Shown: piece by piece, positions 63,291-64,000 of the stretch
How the letters are laid out: the number at the start of each line of letters is the position of its first letter
Position numbering within the stretch: the stretch's first letter is position 1
Source of the DNA: Deltaproteobacteria bacterium
GTDB lineage: Bacteria > Desulfobacterota > GWC2-55-46
DNA: 64,000 bases
Direction: 5' to 3'
Assembly (NCBI GenBank): GCA_016234935.1
Contig: JACRNL010000011.1
Span: 129,472-193,471 of the forward strand
Notes under the pieces: generated by a model
What the model saw: only the letters and a program-made list of their open reading frames with translations
Databases searched by the model: none
Told to the model about the DNA's origin: nothing
Position numbers and translations under genes: made by a program

Positions 63291-64000
63291 GTGGCGCTGG
63301 GGAGGGCAGGCTTCCTGTGTCTTTTCTTCCTCGTCCTTGTCTTTTCCGGCTGTTCCTCCACCAGAGTGTCCGAGCCGCAGGATCAGAGGATAGTCCAGGG
63401 CAGGCGTCTTATCTGGCCGCCCGCTCCGGCCACGGCGCGCGTCGCATTTGTCCAGAGCATCTCTGCCCCTGAGGATATAGGCGCGAACAAGGGTTTTTTT
63501 AAAAAAATATTTGAATTTATCCTCGGCCCTGAAGGCAATGCGGTGCTAAAACCCTACGGCGTCGCAATAGACTCTTCCGGCAGGCTCATCGTGGCCGATA
63601 CCGCTTATAAGAGGATACACATATACGACCTCAAGGCGCCCGGCTACGACTATATTGACAGTGCTGGGGATGCAAAGCTTGAATCTCCCATCGGGGTAGC
63701 TGCCGATGCCGATGGCAATATCTATGTAACCGACCCGGGGGCAAGAAAAGTATTCGCTTACGGGAAAAAAGGGCAATTTCTCTTTGAGTTCGACGCGGGA
63801 GTGAAACCCACCGGCATCGCCGTGAACAGGGTTGACAAGGAAATCTACGTCGTTGATACCGGCGCGCACAGTGTGGGCGTCTACGACCTTAACGGCAACC
63901 GTAAAAGGAGCTTTGGAGTCTGGGGCGCAAAGGGCGGGGGCGAATTCAACTTCCCGGTGGACATATTCATTGACGGATCCGGCGATGTTTATATCACTGA
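63291..64000 (+). CDS. NHL-repeat beta-propeller lipoprotein, 3' end beyond the window
   Basis: Frame-0 ORF open to the window end, so absent from the track. Lipobox LVLVFSGC. NHL blades ...PYGVAIDSSGRLIVADTAYKRIHIYD..., ...PIGVAADADGNIYVTDPGARKVFAY..., ...PTGIAVNRVDKEIYVVDTGAHSVGVYD.... Start uncertain (GTG 63291, or ATG 63165 running through the repeat). Confidence 0.6.
   Translation, partial: MALGRAGFLCLFFLVLVFSGCSSTRVSEPQDQRIVQGRRLIWPPAPATARVAFVQSISAPEDIGANKGFFKKIFEFILGPEGNAVLKPYGVAIDSSGRLIVADTAYKRIHIYDLKAPGYDYIDSAGDAKLESPIGVAADADGNIYVTDPGARKVFAYGKKGQFLFEFDAGVKPTGIAVNRVDKEIYVVDTGAHSVGVYDLNGNRKRSFGVWGAKGGGEFNFPVDIFIDGSGDVYIT

Overview
This 64-kb window comes from a Gram-negative bacterium with roughly 55-60% GC (TolC, an outer-membrane usher and lipoproteins are present). 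Phylum cannot be assigned from sequence alone. Laid out from start to end:

- **1-8.9 kb, housekeeping and lipid block.** A 5'-truncated LplT-Aas-type triple fusion (MFS transporter + PlsC-like acyltransferase + AMP-dependent acyl-ACP synthetase), an ABC-2 exporter pair, rsmI, a composite repeat, a small membrane protein, a lipoprotein, acyP and trmFO.
- **9.1-43.8 kb, glycan locus.** A 34.7-kb block of 34 co-directional, translationally coupled genes. The full pseudaminic acid pathway is present (pseB, pseC, pseH, pseG, pseI, pseF), embedded in an unusually rich set of tailoring enzymes: two cobalamin-dependent radical SAM proteins, two SPASM radical SAM proteins, four SAM methyltransferases (two with N-terminal zinc ribbons), a second aminotransferase, an extra GNAT, a Gfo/Idh/MocA oxidoreductase, an SDR, a 3-dehydroquinate-synthase-like sugar-phosphate cyclase, and a CDP-hexose sub-pathway (rfbF, a cupin 3,5-epimerase, three SDR epimerase/reductases, a second nucleotidyltransferase). 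It also carries a Wzx-like flippase, GT4 and GT2 glycosyltransferases, and three large paralog-like proteins (606-703 aa) with GT-B C-terminal signatures. pseH and several other genes are compositionally AT-shifted, so the locus looks mosaic. The block is bracketed by inverted copies of a roughly 150-bp composite repeat (5.99-6.17 kb and 44.16-44.30 kb).
- **44.3-48.8 kb.** A MacAB-TolC-type tripartite efflux operon on the minus strand.
- **48.9-54.9 kb, Csu-type chaperone-usher pilus locus.** Promoter, major spore-coat-U pilin and terminator, then a protein with three tandem MshEN-type c-di-GMP-binding modules fused through a transmembrane segment to a periplasmic pilin-like domain, then a PapD-like chaperone, usher and tip pilin. 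I consider the MshEN fusion the most novel candidate system in the window.
- **55.0-58.5 kb.** A self-contained 36-aa hydrophobic small ORF with its own promoter, SD and terminator, followed by an aa3-type cytochrome c oxidase operon in the unusual order I-III-IV-II.
- **58.5-64.0 kb.** tRNA-Cys(GCA) on the minus strand, a repeat-rich spacer with an A9G10 homopolymeric tract and a perfect hairpin in the 5' leader, then two HAMP-only membrane protein paralogs interleaved with 7-heme and 4-heme c-type cytochromes, a PQQ-like beta-propeller and an NHL-repeat lipoprotein that runs off the 3' end.

At least five families of short dispersed palindromic repeats recur in intergenic spacers throughout the window.
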